A stretch of DNA of 64,000 bases from Euprymna scolopes (lineage: Eukaryota), in the NCBI GenBank assembly GCA_053919585.1, contig CM132784.1, one strand, 5' to 3'. Position numbers and translations under genes: made by a program. Below are positions 26,100 through 39,330 of the stretch, one piece after another (position 1 is the stretch's first letter; the number at the start of each line of letters is the position of its first letter). The notes beneath the pieces were generated by a model. The model saw only the letters and a program-made list of their open reading frames with translations, was not told where the DNA came from and ran no database searches.

Positions 26100-26980
26100 T
26101 CTTTTCAATAAAACTTAGCAGCCTACATCTTCTGTTAGCTTCGCAATTTTATCTGCTGCTAAGTTTGCAGCAGTTTTAACTGCCTCCCATAGTTTACACT
26201 TGCTGTTGAATTGCCTTCCATTAGAATAAATCTCTCTTGAGGAGCTTCACAGGTTCTCAGTGTGGTTAAGTCGCACCTATTTGAAGGCCAGTCCATAAAG
26301 AGATTTGTTGAAGATTCTTTTTCTTTCAACCAGGATTGAGTAACTTTGATGCCTTGCTTAAGCATTATAGATCTACATGTAGCTGAAGCTTGGTTATCAA
26401 GCTATTCAAAGATATATTGATCTAGAAATTCAGTAACTTTTGGAATTCGTTTTAACTTTGTCTTTCACTTTAAATGGATTCACAAACTCATTACTAATAA
26501 TCTCAGTCCATATCATGATCCTACCGCTGCCTTGTTAAGTGTTTTAAAAAAAAATTGTGTTTGAGCCATGTTGCTTGCATCCCATTTTTACTGAAATTAG
26601 TTTTCATGTATTTTTTTCCTAGTACAATCCTTACGTTTTTCCATTAAGATTGGTTTCTTTATTTGATTTTTGACATCAGCAAACTACTTAATGCTTTTTA
26701 CCTCATTTTCTTGATAGCAAAGGAGCTCCAGCAGTCGCAAATATGAATGCACTTGATACATCTCAGTTTCATAATAATTCTCTTCAGATATGTGATAGAT
26801 CTCACTTTGTTAAATTCTTGAATTAAGCCTGACATTTTTTCCCCTTGGTTGAATTGCCGTTTAATAGTTTGTTTGATAATCCCTTTTTGAATCTTAGAAA
26901 TTTAAAGCAAAGACTTTTAATTTCTTTGATTATATAGTTCTTTTTATTCATTGCTTGTTCTTTTTTTACAAACCATGAAA
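26100..26980 (-). mobile_element. Highly decayed Tc1-like transposase
   Basis: FMDWPSNRCDL and G.IMIW-like remnants. Confidence 0.55.
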
Positions 26981-28050
26981 CTAAATTCTAGTTCTTACAA
27001 ATAATCTCTTTACACTGCAAATTGCTATATATATTGGCAAAATACTAAATATCAATCTGAAATTGAAAATTGGGATTTAATTACTTTCATGCTTACTTGC
27101 TATACAATAATACAAATTATTTCTTTGGATGGCATATCTGAATTTTACATAAAATATTTGACAATACATCTTTTGCATACAATCTAGATGTAGTTTATAA
27201 AACAAATCTTAGATAAAGGAACGTTCCTTAAAAGCTTTTAGAATTTTTACTGTTTTTATATGCCAATGCCAATGTTAAACATAGTTGTATTTTTTTTTTT
27301 TTTTTTTGTATTAGTTTATTGAACAATTATGTTAAAATCGTGGGATGTTTCACAGGAAAAATGAATTTAAAAATATAAATAGTTTTACTCTTTTTTTTTT
27401 TTTTTTTTTTTTAATTTTTTTTTTTTACTATAAGTATAATTACAATATTAATTAATTTTATAAATAATGAACATTGAAGCAGTCATTATTTTATAATTAA
27501 GAAAGCATTCTTGCAGCAATGTGTGTATTGATCTAGAGATGAATGGGGTTATAAATACTGTCTATAGATAAACACTGGAAGAAAAGTGATATTTTATAGG
27601 AATGAAAGTATTTGTTAATAGTTTTTATAGGTATTTTTAAGATCAATATTTAATTAGAAAAAAATCAATGAATATTTTGTGCAAAAATGGGCTGTGAATT
27701 GAAGAATTTTAGTACAAATTACATTTAAAATAAACCGAAAATAAAATGTAAATGTGTAAATCAAAATTAACAGTAAAATATTTGTATTTTATGCCTACAT
27801 CCTTAAATCATCATAGCAAAATGTTTCTATCGTGACTGACCTTTCTTGAGCAACAACCATATTTATGCTAATTTCTTGATCAGAAATGGTACTGACAAGC
27901 TTGAAGCAGCCTGAGGAATACTTTTGGGCAGCTGCTACTCCGATTAATATGCATCCTTCTTTAGTCTGTAGACCAAGAACAGAAACGACTGTATGAAACA
28001 AATGAAAGTGAAAAAATATGCAACAGTTATTTGGTATGAGTTTAAAACAG

Positions 28051-28102
28051 GCTACAAAGCTGAACGATGAAAACAAACAATCAAAAATGCCGGCAACTAA
28101 GG

Positions 28103-28140
<38 letters not shown>

Positions 28141-28199
28141 CCGGAAATTATTCTCTAGAGTAGATAAACTTAGGACTTTATAAAAAAAAAAAAAGCTAG

Positions 28200-28241
<42 letters not shown>

Positions 28242-28714
28242 AAAAAATGTAAATTAGATATTGTTTACACATAGAAGCGTTACGACTTTTATTCTATAGA
28301 TAGGCACTCGACCAAGTCATCCGGAAGTAGAAATCTCCTGTCACTCTAGTAAGCCATATGCTAGCTAACAGTTGATAAAAAAAACCGCTGGCGGAATCTC
28401 TAGTGCAAAAACGTTAAGTATTTTTATTTTTTATTTTTACTTTTTTATTTTTTTTTTTTCTAAACTAATCCTAAATGTTTTGTTACATTGTTTTAAATGT
28501 ACTTTTCGTGTTTTATGTATTTTGTCTGTATTTCTCCTATCTTTTTGTCTTTATTCCGTCTTATCCGTCCCCCCCCCTCCTGCTACAAAGCTGAACGATG
28601 AAAACAAACAATCAAAAATGCCGGCAACTAAGGAAAAAAAAAAAAAAAATGCCGGAAATTATTCTCTAGAGTAGATAAACTTAGGACTTTATAAAAAAAA
28701 AAAAAAAGCTAGAA

Positions 28715-28746
<32 letters not shown>

Positions 28747-29197
28747 AAAAAATGTAAATTAGATATTGTTTACACATAGAAGCGTTACGACTTTTATTCT
28801 ATAGATAGGCACTCGACCAAGTCATCCGGAAGTAGAAATCTCCTGTCACTCTAGTAAGCCATATGCTAGCTAACAGTTGATAAAAAAAACCGCTGGCGGA
28901 ATCTCTAGTGCAAAAACGTTAAGTATTTTTATTTTTTATTTTTACTTTTTTATTTTTTTTTTTCTAAACTAATCCTAAATGTTTTGTTACATTGTTTTAA
29001 ATGTACTTTTCGTGTTTTATGTATTTTGTCTGTATTTCTCCTGTCTTTTTGTCTTTATTCCGTCTTATCCGTCCCCCCCTCCTGCTACAAAGCTGAACGA
29101 TGAAAACAAACAATCAAAAATGCCGGCAACTAACGAAAAAAAAAAAAAAAAATGCCGGAAATTATTCTCTAGAGTAGATAAACTTAGGACTTTATTT
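28051..29197. repeat. Near-identical tandem duplication, unit ~500-530 bp, about 2.2 copies
   Basis: GCTACAAAGCTGAACGATG starts at 28051, ~28582 and ~29083; copies differ mainly in homopolymer length. Confidence 0.95.
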
Positions 29198-29649
29198 AAG
29201 TAGTATACTTAATATATACTATTACTGCAAGCTTGCCTGTATTGAAAATATTTTCTTTTCGTTTTCGAATCCTACCTTATATAGTTAGCCTTATGTTCAA
29301 GTACATTCGAAATATAATACAGCACAAAGAAAGTCACTCATGAAAACGGGCCTCCTAAACTAAAACCTTGAATAATTATTTAAACTCTAATGTAAATTAA
29401 TATTAAGCAGTCTTTGCAAATTGATAATAGTTAATTATTGGATTTTAATTAATTATAAGATGAAACTTTAATGATTCAAACTAGATAGATAACCGACAAA
29501 CTTCCACCCATTAATATGGGAGGGGAGATTATCACCAAAAGTGTCATGAATTATTAAGTTCGCACCGGACTTACTACTTAGATATAAGTCACTTGTACCC
29601 ATTCCCCTTTCTCCTCCCCCCCTTTTTTATTTTTATTTTTTTTTTTTTA

Positions 29650-32600
29650 AATGGAGAGTAGATAATACAGTGGATGTGTTATCGGCAGCTCCAGTAACTC
29701 TCGCTTCTCCTATTTTGTCATTCAGTCCTCATTCAATGAGTGATGTTTCTGACAAAGGGTGAAGAAAAAGCTGCTTAAAGGTCGGTACTACTTGGTGACC
29801 AGTAGTCTGAGATGTCGGATATTTTTCTGTCTTTGTCTGTCCTTGTTGCCATGTCACTAGTAAGGGTGCTGGAGGTAAACGTTTTGTCTGGGCTGACGTT
29901 ATCCGCCTGATAGTCAGGGACCCGAACCTTGGATTAACCACTAAGGAGGCTGTCCTATCAGCAGGCGCAAAGTACTGGGACTGCTGTATTGCCATTTGGT
30001 GAGTGGATCTGGACCATGCAGTAGTCTCTGGTGGGGCCTCTCGATGCCATACTAGTGGGTAATTGTTACGGCTTTACCTTTTCGTGTGCTACAAATAAAA
30101 AAAAAAATTTTCCTGTCTTTTTCTCTCTTACTTTCCCTCTCTGTACTGCTCTAACCAAGTATGCCGACCTATTCCACAAATCCCAAAACCTCAACATGAA
30201 ATATCTCCAGAATAAAAACTCGATTAAACCTAGAACCCCATCTTCCAGCGTAGACCCCTACTACCAGGTCTCCTTCTCCAATATCAGGGGTCTACGTTCC
30301 AACCTTCCAGAGGTTGAAACCCAATTACAGGAGACGAAACCGGACATATTATTTCTATGTGAAACTGGAATAGGGCCGACCACTTCCCTAGATGAGTTCA
30401 TAATTAATGGATACTCCAATTTAACAGCTAAATCTGACTCCCAAGATCGCCATGGGCATGGAATATGTGCCTACATTAAGGATGGCTTCCCATGTGGCAG
30501 GGATATCTCTAGAGAAGATCCTAATTTACCCTATATGTGCTTCAGGGTTGCACTTGCTAACACCACTGTATTTATATTTGCCCTCTATAGGCCCCACAAC
30601 AGCGGAGTTACTATCTTTAAGAGCATATCTGAGAAAATAGACCACATACTGTCTTCACATCCCTCGGCTAACATCCACATCTGTGGTGACTTCAACGTCC
30701 ATAACGTGGAATGGCTAACCCATTCAAATAAGACAGATGATGAGGGGAGGTTTTGTCATGATTTTGCCATTGCTTATGACCTCACTCAGATTGTTCGCGA
30801 ACCCACCCGTGTGCCCGATACACCCAATCAATATGCAAGCCTCTTAGACCTTTTTCTTTCAACTTCCCCTGAGCTATGTTCATGTACCGTTCATTCTCCT
30901 TTAGGATCCTCCGACCACTCCGTCGTATCAGTTAAGATAAAAACAAAATGTAAGAAGCCATCAGACGTACCCCTCCACCGTACTGTATACCGATACTCTA
31001 TGGCTGACTGGGATAGCTTCCGTACATTCATATCTGATTTACCTCTGCACTCCATGTTTAAAAAGGAAGTGTCCTCTATAGTATCAGATCTGACCGAATG
31101 GTTAATTGTAGGCATAGACCAATTCATACCATCTAAAAAATTCCAACAAAAACCTAACAGCCAGCCATGGTTCTCCCCAGAATGTGCTGCTGCTATCGCG
31201 CACAGAAATCACTTTTTCCATAACTACCAACGTAATAGATGCACTGAGACTAAAGCTGCTTTCAGGACTGCCAGCAACCACTGTAAAAGAGTAATAAAAA
31301 ATGCAAGAGAGCTATATGCCCAGTCTGTTAAATCCAAGGTAGCTGATCAGCGGCTTGGTTCCCACCAGTTTTGGCAAATAACAAATAGGATCTTGAACAG
31401 AAGTGTGCGTTCTATCCCAACCATTATCAATGGACCAGAGGTTATCTCGTCAGCATCAGACAAGGCCAAACTATTTGCAAAGAACTTTGCAGCTAATTCT
31501 ACCCTATGCGACGAAGGCCATCAACTCCCCATATTTCCTCCTATAACACAGAACAAGCTAGGTAACATACAAATATCCGTGCATGAGGTCGCCAAGCTAA
31601 TAAAAAACCTAGATTCCAGTAAAGCAACTGGCCCTGATGGCATCCCAATTATAGTGTTAAAAAAGCTTCAACCAGAACTTGCTCCCATACTTACGAAACT
31701 ATTTAAGCGCTGCCTTAAGGAGAAGTGCTTTCCGACCCCCTGGAAGACCTCCTCAGTTTGCCCTGTATTTAAGAATTCAGGTGATAAGTCATCTCCCTCT
31801 CAATACAGACCAATAAGTCTTCTCTGTGTTATGAGTAAGTTACTTGAATCAATATTAAATAGAGAAATAGTAAACCACCTCAGCAGGAATAACCTTCTTA
31901 GTGACACACAATATGGTTTCCGCTCTTCAAGATCTACCGCAGATGTGCTGACGGTTATATCCCACAGGATTAGTGAATCTCTTGACGGAGGCTTCCTTTC
32001 TAGGGCAATTGCTCTCGACATATCAAAGGCCTTTGACAAAGTATGGCATAAGGGTCTACTTCACAAGATTTCCAGCTACGGTATAACTGGAAATGTTTTC
32101 TCAATCATTAAATCATTTCTCTCTGATAGGCTCATAAGAGTAGTGGTAGATGGACAAAAATCGGAGGCCTGCAATATAAATGCTGGAGTCCCTCAGGGGT
32201 CAATCCTGGGCCCAACTCTCTTCCTGATCTACATCAATGACCTCCCTAAACACATACTTAAATCATTCGTTGACATCTATGCTGATGACACGACCATCTA
32301 CGGCAACACATCAAAGGCTGTAAATGACGAAGTTCTCTCGGATTCTCTCTCCTCTGATCTCGAGCGCGTGGTTCAGTGGGGGAATATGTGGCTAGTTACC
32401 TTTAATGCATCCAAAACCAAACTCCTATCCTTACATCATCAACGCTCTGATCCCCAGCTGGCATCAATTGTGATGGATGGCTCTCGTCTGGGTGAGGCCC
32501 CGTGTTTTGACAAGCTTCTGGGTTTGACCTTTACTCCTGATCTGAAATGGAACACGTACATCAAGTCTGTGGCCAAGGTCGCAGGAAAGATGGTGGGATC

Positions 32601-33204
32601 CTTCTACCGCTCCAGAAGATATCTCACTACTGATGCAATTCTCTATCTATATAAAAGCCAAGTACGGCCAAGGATGGAATACTGTTGCCATATCTGGGCA
32701 GGAGCTGCCAAAAACAGCCTATCATGCCTTGACAGAGTACAAAATAGACTTCGTGGTTTAGTGGGGGATGCCCTTTTCTCTACCCTGCAACCCCTCTCCC
32801 ACAGAAGAGACGTTGCGAGCCTATCCTTGTTTTATCGTTATTTTCATGGCAGGTGCTCGTCTGAACTCCAATCCCTGGTCCCCCCTCGCCAATCTTTCAC
32901 GAAAAACACCCGTCTAGCTGAATCCACTGTGAAAAATTTCCCCCACTCTTTATCTGTGCCTAAATCAAAACGCGGATTTCATGAGCAAAGCTTCTTTCTT
33001 AGAACTGCACGCCTGTGGAACTCTGTTCCGTCTGCCTGCTTCCCTCCGGACTACAACTTGGATGTCTTCAAGTCTAATGTTAACAAATTCCTAATGAACC
33101 GCCCCCCTAATTAAACACTTCATAAAATCTCCTCACTAACGTGATGTACTTACAATAACCCTTATCCCTGAGTGGCTTCCGGGCCTTGATAAGTGGTGAT
33201 CACA

Positions 33205-33241
<37 letters not shown>
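29650..33241 (+). mobile_element. Apparently full-length CR1-clade (Zenon-like, ORF1-less) LINE
   Basis: About 550-bp 5' region, single APE-RT ORF, short 3' UTR, poly(A) at 33209-33241. Confidence 0.9.
30196..33114 (+). CDS. LINE ORF2: APE endonuclease plus reverse transcriptase, intact (972 aa from the first ATG)
   Basis: NIRG, LCET, GDFN, SDH (APE); YRPISL, DISKAFD, GVPQGS, YADD (RT). Confidence 0.95.
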   Translation: MKYLQNKNSIKPRTPSSSVDPYYQVSFSNIRGLRSNLPEVETQLQETKPDILFLCETGIGPTTSLDEFIINGYSNLTAKSDSQDRHGHGICAYIKDGFPCGRDISREDPNLPYMCFRVALANTTVFIFALYRPHNSGVTIFKSISEKIDHILSSHPSANIHICGDFNVHNVEWLTHSNKTDDEGRFCHDFAIAYDLTQIVREPTRVPDTPNQYASLLDLFLSTSPELCSCTVHSPLGSSDHSVVSVKIKTKCKKPSDVPLHRTVYRYSMADWDSFRTFISDLPLHSMFKKEVSSIVSDLTEWLIVGIDQFIPSKKFQQKPNSQPWFSPECAAAIAHRNHFFHNYQRNRCTETKAAFRTASNHCKRVIKNARELYAQSVKSKVADQRLGSHQFWQITNRILNRSVRSIPTIINGPEVISSASDKAKLFAKNFAANSTLCDEGHQLPIFPPITQNKLGNIQISVHEVAKLIKNLDSSKATGPDGIPIIVLKKLQPELAPILTKLFKRCLKEKCFPTPWKTSSVCPVFKNSGDKSSPSQYRPISLLCVMSKLLESILNREIVNHLSRNNLLSDTQYGFRSSRSTADVLTVISHRISESLDGGFLSRAIALDISKAFDKVWHKGLLHKISSYGITGNVFSIIKSFLSDRLIRVVVDGQKSEACNINAGVPQGSILGPTLFLIYINDLPKHILKSFVDIYADDTTIYGNTSKAVNDEVLSDSLSSDLERVVQWGNMWLVTFNASKTKLLSLHHQRSDPQLASIVMDGSRLGEAPCFDKLLGLTFTPDLKWNTYIKSVAKVAGKMVGSFYRSRRYLTTDAILYLYKSQVRPRMEYCCHIWAGAAKNSLSCLDRVQNRLRGLVGDALFSTLQPLSHRRDVASLSLFYRYFHGRCSSELQSLVPPRQSFTKNTRLAESTVKNFPHSLSVPKSKRGFHEQSFFLRTARLWNSVPSACFPPDYNLDVFKSNVNKFLMNRPPN

Positions 33242-33242
<1 letters not shown>

Positions 33243-34349
33243 AGTGTGGGGTGGGCTATGTATGCTTTAAGACATTTTTAGGAAAGATTATAGATGTTTG
33301 TGTATTGTTTGTAATCTGAAAACCTAACTTATGAAGTAAGCATCCAGGTAGTTCTTTTCATTATATGTAGAACTTTCGTTTTCTTTAATCAGAATTTTCA
33401 GAGATGTCCGAGTAATTCCTTTTTAAAAAATGTTTTTTTGGGGGGATGGGGTGAGCCATAATATTTATTTTGTACTTTTGCTTTTATTGTGTATCTTTGC
33501 TCTCCACCTACCTCGGAACCCTATTTGGGAGTGCCAGAGGGGATAAATCCTATCACCAAGGCACACCAGGAATACATAGATGATGTACTTTTTAAAGTAT
33601 TTTTTTCTATTAACCATGTAATTGCTCATAGCCATAATATGTGGCATTAAATAAATTTCTATCATATTTCTTTTATGGTGTCATGGGTCCAAGGATGAGG
33701 ATTTGCTACTAAGTGAAGATATCACTCCTACTCTGATGCTGAAATTAAGCAAAGAGAAAACAGCTGAGCAGATAAAATATCAAAATCTGTGTGTGTGAAG
33801 GGTGTCAATTATCAGCGCAAATAAACAAAATTTTATATGCCGTTTTTGTTGAGCTATATCGTACAAGTAAATAGAGGAAAACTCTTATTTTATATATAAA
33901 AAACATATGCACTTGATAATGGGTGTACTAAATTATGATAAAAATATATGCATGTTCTCATTTTCATCAAGTGGTCATACCATAGACTGGAATCATTATT
34001 GCATCAAGTCTTGGCTGGAATACCATATGCCAGACAAATTTCCTTCATCTTACCTCTAAAGCTGGTTAAAAGCTTTAAAAATACTCCACAAACTGAACTT
34101 ATGTTTGTGAGCGTTCATTGCACAGGCCATTATTGTCTGCTTGTTGTCTTCCAAATTAGGTGCTTGATTTCAAAACTGGTCTTAATGTCAAGCGTGTAGT
34201 CTCAATCAGTGCTGTAACAAAACGTTTTCTATTTTAAACAAGATTACAACTCGATGTTTTACTTTAAAGTTACAATGTGTTTGGTTTTTATCACTGAATG
34301 ACAGACCTGCAAAATGGACAACTATCTGTTCTACACAAGCACAAACAGT

Positions 34350-35253
34350 TCATCAGCTTAAAGGCCCGCATATCTGAGTAGTTAAAGCAGTATGTAACCT
34401 AACGTTGTTATGGTGAAAAACGCTCGTATCATTGACTAGCTCTAACCATTTCTGTTGAAGATCTATGTTTAATTTTATCCAGGTGTTCACAGTAATCAAT
34501 AGGATTGATGTTTCTGTTTGCAAAAGGAAATTAAAAAATAAATAACACCTTTCCAGTTCCACCATACTATTAACATCATTTAGTATGGAGGCTTTAGATG
34601 TTCTTTGTATTTGATCACCTACTTTTTATACATGGCCTTTTGTGTGTCACATTACTGTAAACAGTTCACTTTGCATCTCCAACAGCAATTTGTTTAAAAA
34701 ATGTGTCAAGGCTTTACCAAGCAAATGGAAACTCTTTGCATAAGATTCCCTTCTGCCAATTTATGGGAAACCCAAACATCAAGTTTAGAAACATAAGAGT
34801 TTATGCAAATCATTTTCCATGCTCGATTTAAAAAAAAATCTTCAGAATGTGATTTGTCTGGTTGTTAAACAGCAATCTTATTCAACTACAGCTTTCACTT
34901 GGTCATCGTTGGCCGGTCAGAACGAGAAGCATCTCTCACTGAAAAATTTCCTTTTCTGAATCAAACAAACTATTTATGACATGGTCGTTCTTTAACAACA
35001 TTTTCTCTATGCACATAACATCATCTGTAGTAAAAAACAAATCAGATGTCAGTACTGCTCTGCTTAATCTTCTATTTCATTTAAAATATAAGCAAAAATA
35101 TAAAAACTCTTCTGCTTATAGACTTATTACACATTGATGTTGTCATATTCGTTACACCAAATACAGGATTTGAAAATATGAATATAAAATGATTTTAAAT
35201 AAGCCAAAAAGATGACCTTTAAAAGCCGAGCATACTTTTTGATTAACCTAATA
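34350..35253 (-). mobile_element. Decayed mariner element
   Basis: HHNNVRLH (for HHDNARPH) and a terminal TA-TTAGGTTAATCAAAAAGT mariner-like TIR. Confidence 0.55.
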
Positions 35254-36389
35254 TATAGTGCTGTGCAAAGGTTTACAACATACAAGTAAATTATTCATTT
35301 TGTACAAATCTAAAAGCTTGATCTAAAAATATCTACACATTCATTGTTAGTCATTTCCTACTTGTCTTTTATCCGTCCTCCTCTCAGCACTTCTTCGCCC
35401 GGGATCACACACTTCCTATGCCTAATTTGTCATTTATTACAAAAACAAAATCATATCAACATAAATTATATATAATTCACACATATTACATAGATTATGA
35501 ACTAGCAAAGATATAACATTCAGTTTAAAAACAAAAACAACAAAGCCAAAAATTGGGCTTATCATTTCCAAACCAGAATCATAAGTGTGCACTTAACTCT
35601 CTCGACATCCAAGGGGTATTTGAGTACCCTTAAAAACACTCTGCAAAGCAATTTTGTTTGTGACAGGCTCCTACTCATTGGTACATGCTTCTCATACGAG
35701 ATAGAGAAAATCAACCTCATCCCTCCATCAAAGTAGAAGAAAAGTACTGGAGGAATTTTAACTATCTCCACAATAACAGGCATTCCGCCATTTTGCACCC
35801 CCCCCACCACCACCACCACCAAAACCAAAAAAAAATTATGAGGAATTTTAATCACTTCCACTATAACAGGCATACTGCCACTCTCCTTTCTCTTCAAAAA
35901 ATAAAAAATCAGAAGGATTTTTTCACCTCCCACTGGGAGAATCTTGTGCACACTTCCAAACATATCCAGTATCTTGCCATCTTTTTTTCAATAAGAAGAA
36001 CGATCTTATTCCCGGTGAACCAAGTGCAAAAGAGATCCAGACAATTGCACTTAAGGGAACAGCAAGGATATTAGAAGAGCTCTCGGTTGGTTTCAATAAA
36101 AAGCAGGGCAATATTGGCAGCTGGTTTGGCTGCCCCATACCCAGCATTACAATCTTCAAAGGAAGAAAATTAAAAAAAAAACAAAAAAAAAAAGCAAAAC
36201 AAATGACATTTTCACAAAACAAAATTGCTTCTAATGTTCCTATTTTTTAAACACACAAAAATAATCTGAAACTGTTTCCTATAAATTATCCTTAACACAA
36301 CTATCATTAAAACATTTAATCAAAATCTAAATTAGCATACCTATTGGGTTCCTGCCTAAAGGATTGTAAAATACTATGATACTCCTTCC

Positions 36390-39330
36390 CATTGTAACCT
36401 TGTTACCTATCAGCTATCCGTTCTTCCGCTTCTTCACGTCCTATTTTGGTGTCAAAACCTGAATCGCAGAACCTACACTTGTAAGGGCCGCTACCGCCCG
36501 CTACGCCGGGCTGTCCGTCACCAATATTGATTTCTGCAGCCCCAGAATCGAGGCATAGTTTTAGACTTTGAAACCAATAGATAACACCCCAGCAGAGGGT
36601 GGCTACGCACTTGGCCGTACACTGATGCTAAAGTAACACCAGCGCACGTTACCGACTCTTGCCACGAGGAGGCAGCACAGCCTTAAGAGAGTCAGAGACC
36701 AATCTCAATAGCAACAGCCGATATGGTCGGAGATCGATCAGGAACATAATCATCCATTTTGATCTGGTAATTACTACTTCTGATGATTTCTTGAAGACTT
36801 TATTGTGACTATGCTTCAAGGCACTGCAAGACACCACCGAGAGGAACAGGAGTAAGGTCCTCATGCTTGCCATCCTGAAATGCAATAAGGAACCTGATTA
36901 TTGTCGGTCATGCATACATGCAATGAATCCCTCTCCCTAACAAAAGTAAAGCCTCCCCCTGTTTTTGAAAATTATTTATCAGACACTATCTTCAAGTGTA
37001 TGTCTCTACTCTGCAGCTCTGGCCTTGAGAGCTCTAAGGGGAATGTCTTTCTCATCATTGCTCTCTGGAGGATGCAGGGGCTCCTGTATCAATGGATCAA
37101 CCAAGGGAAGTTCGTCCTCACTCCCACTCCTTGCTGGGAAGCAGGTGCATTCTTTCCTCTGTATGTAAGCAGGCAACTTCAAATCAGAATCCACTGGAGC
37201 TGAATCAGACAGATCTGAATCCATTCCAGAAGTAGGTTGAGCAAGGGTTGCTCTTGTAGCTCGCATATCCTCCATGGTATCTGGGGTGTCCACTTGAGTT
37301 TAGCCTGCTTCAAGTCATCTGCATTTATCCATCTCGCTTTCCCAGCTAATTGATCCCATATTACAAAAGTAACGGGACTTGTTTTTTTTTATTATTATTC
37401 TGAAATAGGGTTTCTAGCTATGGTCGAATTTACCATGTCATGCATGGGTGTGGTAATATTCAGGGTCTCCTATATATAATTTTATGTCCTGCCAGTTCCT
37501 ATTGATCGCCTTATTTCTCTTTCTGGACTCGCCTCATCTGCTTGCGAGCCTGTGAAAATGTCTTGTGTTGTTGTTTTATGACAAGACAATGGTGGTCCTC
37601 ACCTATATACTTCCTGCAAGGCCATAACAGGTTATCTTAGGGCAAAACATCACATCCAAATAACATGTAGTAGGGTGAGAATTCTGTCATCGCGTTTAAT
37701 GAGGACCTCACGCCGGCCAGTGCCTGAGTTAGGTACAGATCCCAATTGACCCTATCCTCATCTGTTAATTTAGACAATATATCCCCCAAAAGCGATGAAA
37801 GTATTCCACCTTGGCATTGCTCTGAGGGTGATAAGGGGACATGACAATATATTTTATGTTCAAACTGTTCAGTCTCCCTCATAATCTCATTTACATTTTC
37901 AGCCTCATGGTCAGTCACAATCTAAAAAGCGGCCTCATATCATGGAAATAATTCTGTTAGGATCAGGTTAGCCATCACTTTAACCGTTTTGTCAGTCACA
38001 GTGTAGTCTTCAGGCCAGTCAGTCGACAAAGTTGCCGGTATACATATTCCCTTGAGACTGCCCATACGGACCAGAGATATCTACGCTACCCTTCTCAAAT
38101 GAGTAAGCTGGGAAATCTGTTTCCTGGGGTGGAGCTGGTTTGTATTTGGCATTCTGACTTTGCCAGGTGACACAGCTATTTACATACAATAACCTCTTTA
38201 TACAGATTGAACCAATAATACTTTCTGCTAATTAAGCTCATATGTCTTATCGATTCCCATATGTCCAAACTCATCATGGCACTGACTCACTACCTTGCTT
38301 CATAGAACTTTGGGGACATAGAGCCTGCGTCACCTCTTCATTTCTATTTGAGAGGTAGTATAACGATCCATCCTATATGAGGAACTTACTTGGACATCTT
38401 TCCCGATACCAGAGCTGCTTTTAGTGCCCCAATCTCGGTATCACCTGCACCCTCTACCTTGCACTTTTTACTCACTTCAGACGCTCTGCTCTGCACAAGG
38501 ACATCCTGGACATCATCATCATCATCATCGATATCCTCACCATCTGGCTGAGTATTCATTTGATGGGAGTTAATGACGTTAATTTCACAAGGCCTATCAT
38601 CTACATCGTGTATCTCACATATGGATTCCTGTTCCAACATCTTAGGGATTCGTGACAGTAAATCGGCACAGGTATTCTTTCTGCCTGACAGGTATTTGAT
38701 CTTGCTCAGTTTAAGTGCATACTACTGGATCTTCTTGTTTGTCCACTCTGCCTCGAACAAATGCTGGAGAGGTCAGTGATCGGTTTTAATAATAAAGGTA
38801 GCCCCGCTTAGATAAGTCTCACTTCTGTAAGGCATACACTATAGCATAAGCCTCCCTCTCAATCACAGGCCATCTCCACTGTGTAAGGGAAAGTTGATGA
38901 GACAAAAAATAGATTGGCACCTCCTCTGGAATACCCAGTATCGGACCGTCTCTTTCAGGACAGGGCTGCATAAGGCAAACACCAATACAATGCTCGCTGG
39001 CGACGGTGTACAGGACCATAGGTTTACTCGGGTCTGAATAAGTCAATAATGGTACCACTGTCAACTGCTTTTTTTTTTTTAAAGCATCAAATGAGCATGG
39101 TAGTTTTTGGTTCACTTAAAGCGGACATATTTCGGTGTCAGATCAATGAGTGGAGCAACCAACCTAGAAAATTCTGGTATGAGCCACCTGTAATAACCTG
39201 TAATAACCAATCGCCCCTATGAATCCTCTGACCTCCTTGATCGTGTAGGGTGCAGGCATCACCCGGATCACCTCGATTTTGTGGGAATCAGGTTTCACAC
39301 CATTTTCATCGATGACAAACCTCAGATATC
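36390..39330 (-). mobile_element. Old Gypsy-type LTR retrotransposon fragment (RT end, RNase H, integrase)
   Basis: IYFLSHQL...EREAYAIVYALQK; H-x4-HMG...C-x2-C; WDLYLTQAL...SPYYMLFG; many stops. Confidence 0.8.

Noticed and set aside
28372-29203. Hydrophobic ORFs in the tandem repeat
   Set aside because: Produced by poly(T)/poly(A) tracts, and frames differ between copies.
30031-30195. N-terminal extension of LINE ORF2 from GTG
   Set aside because: Crosses a variable poly(A) leader tract; the ATG at 30196 is the more plausible start.
34053-34211. Coding exon on the minus strand with good splice sites
   Set aside because: Stops in all three frames; only possible as a non-coding exon.
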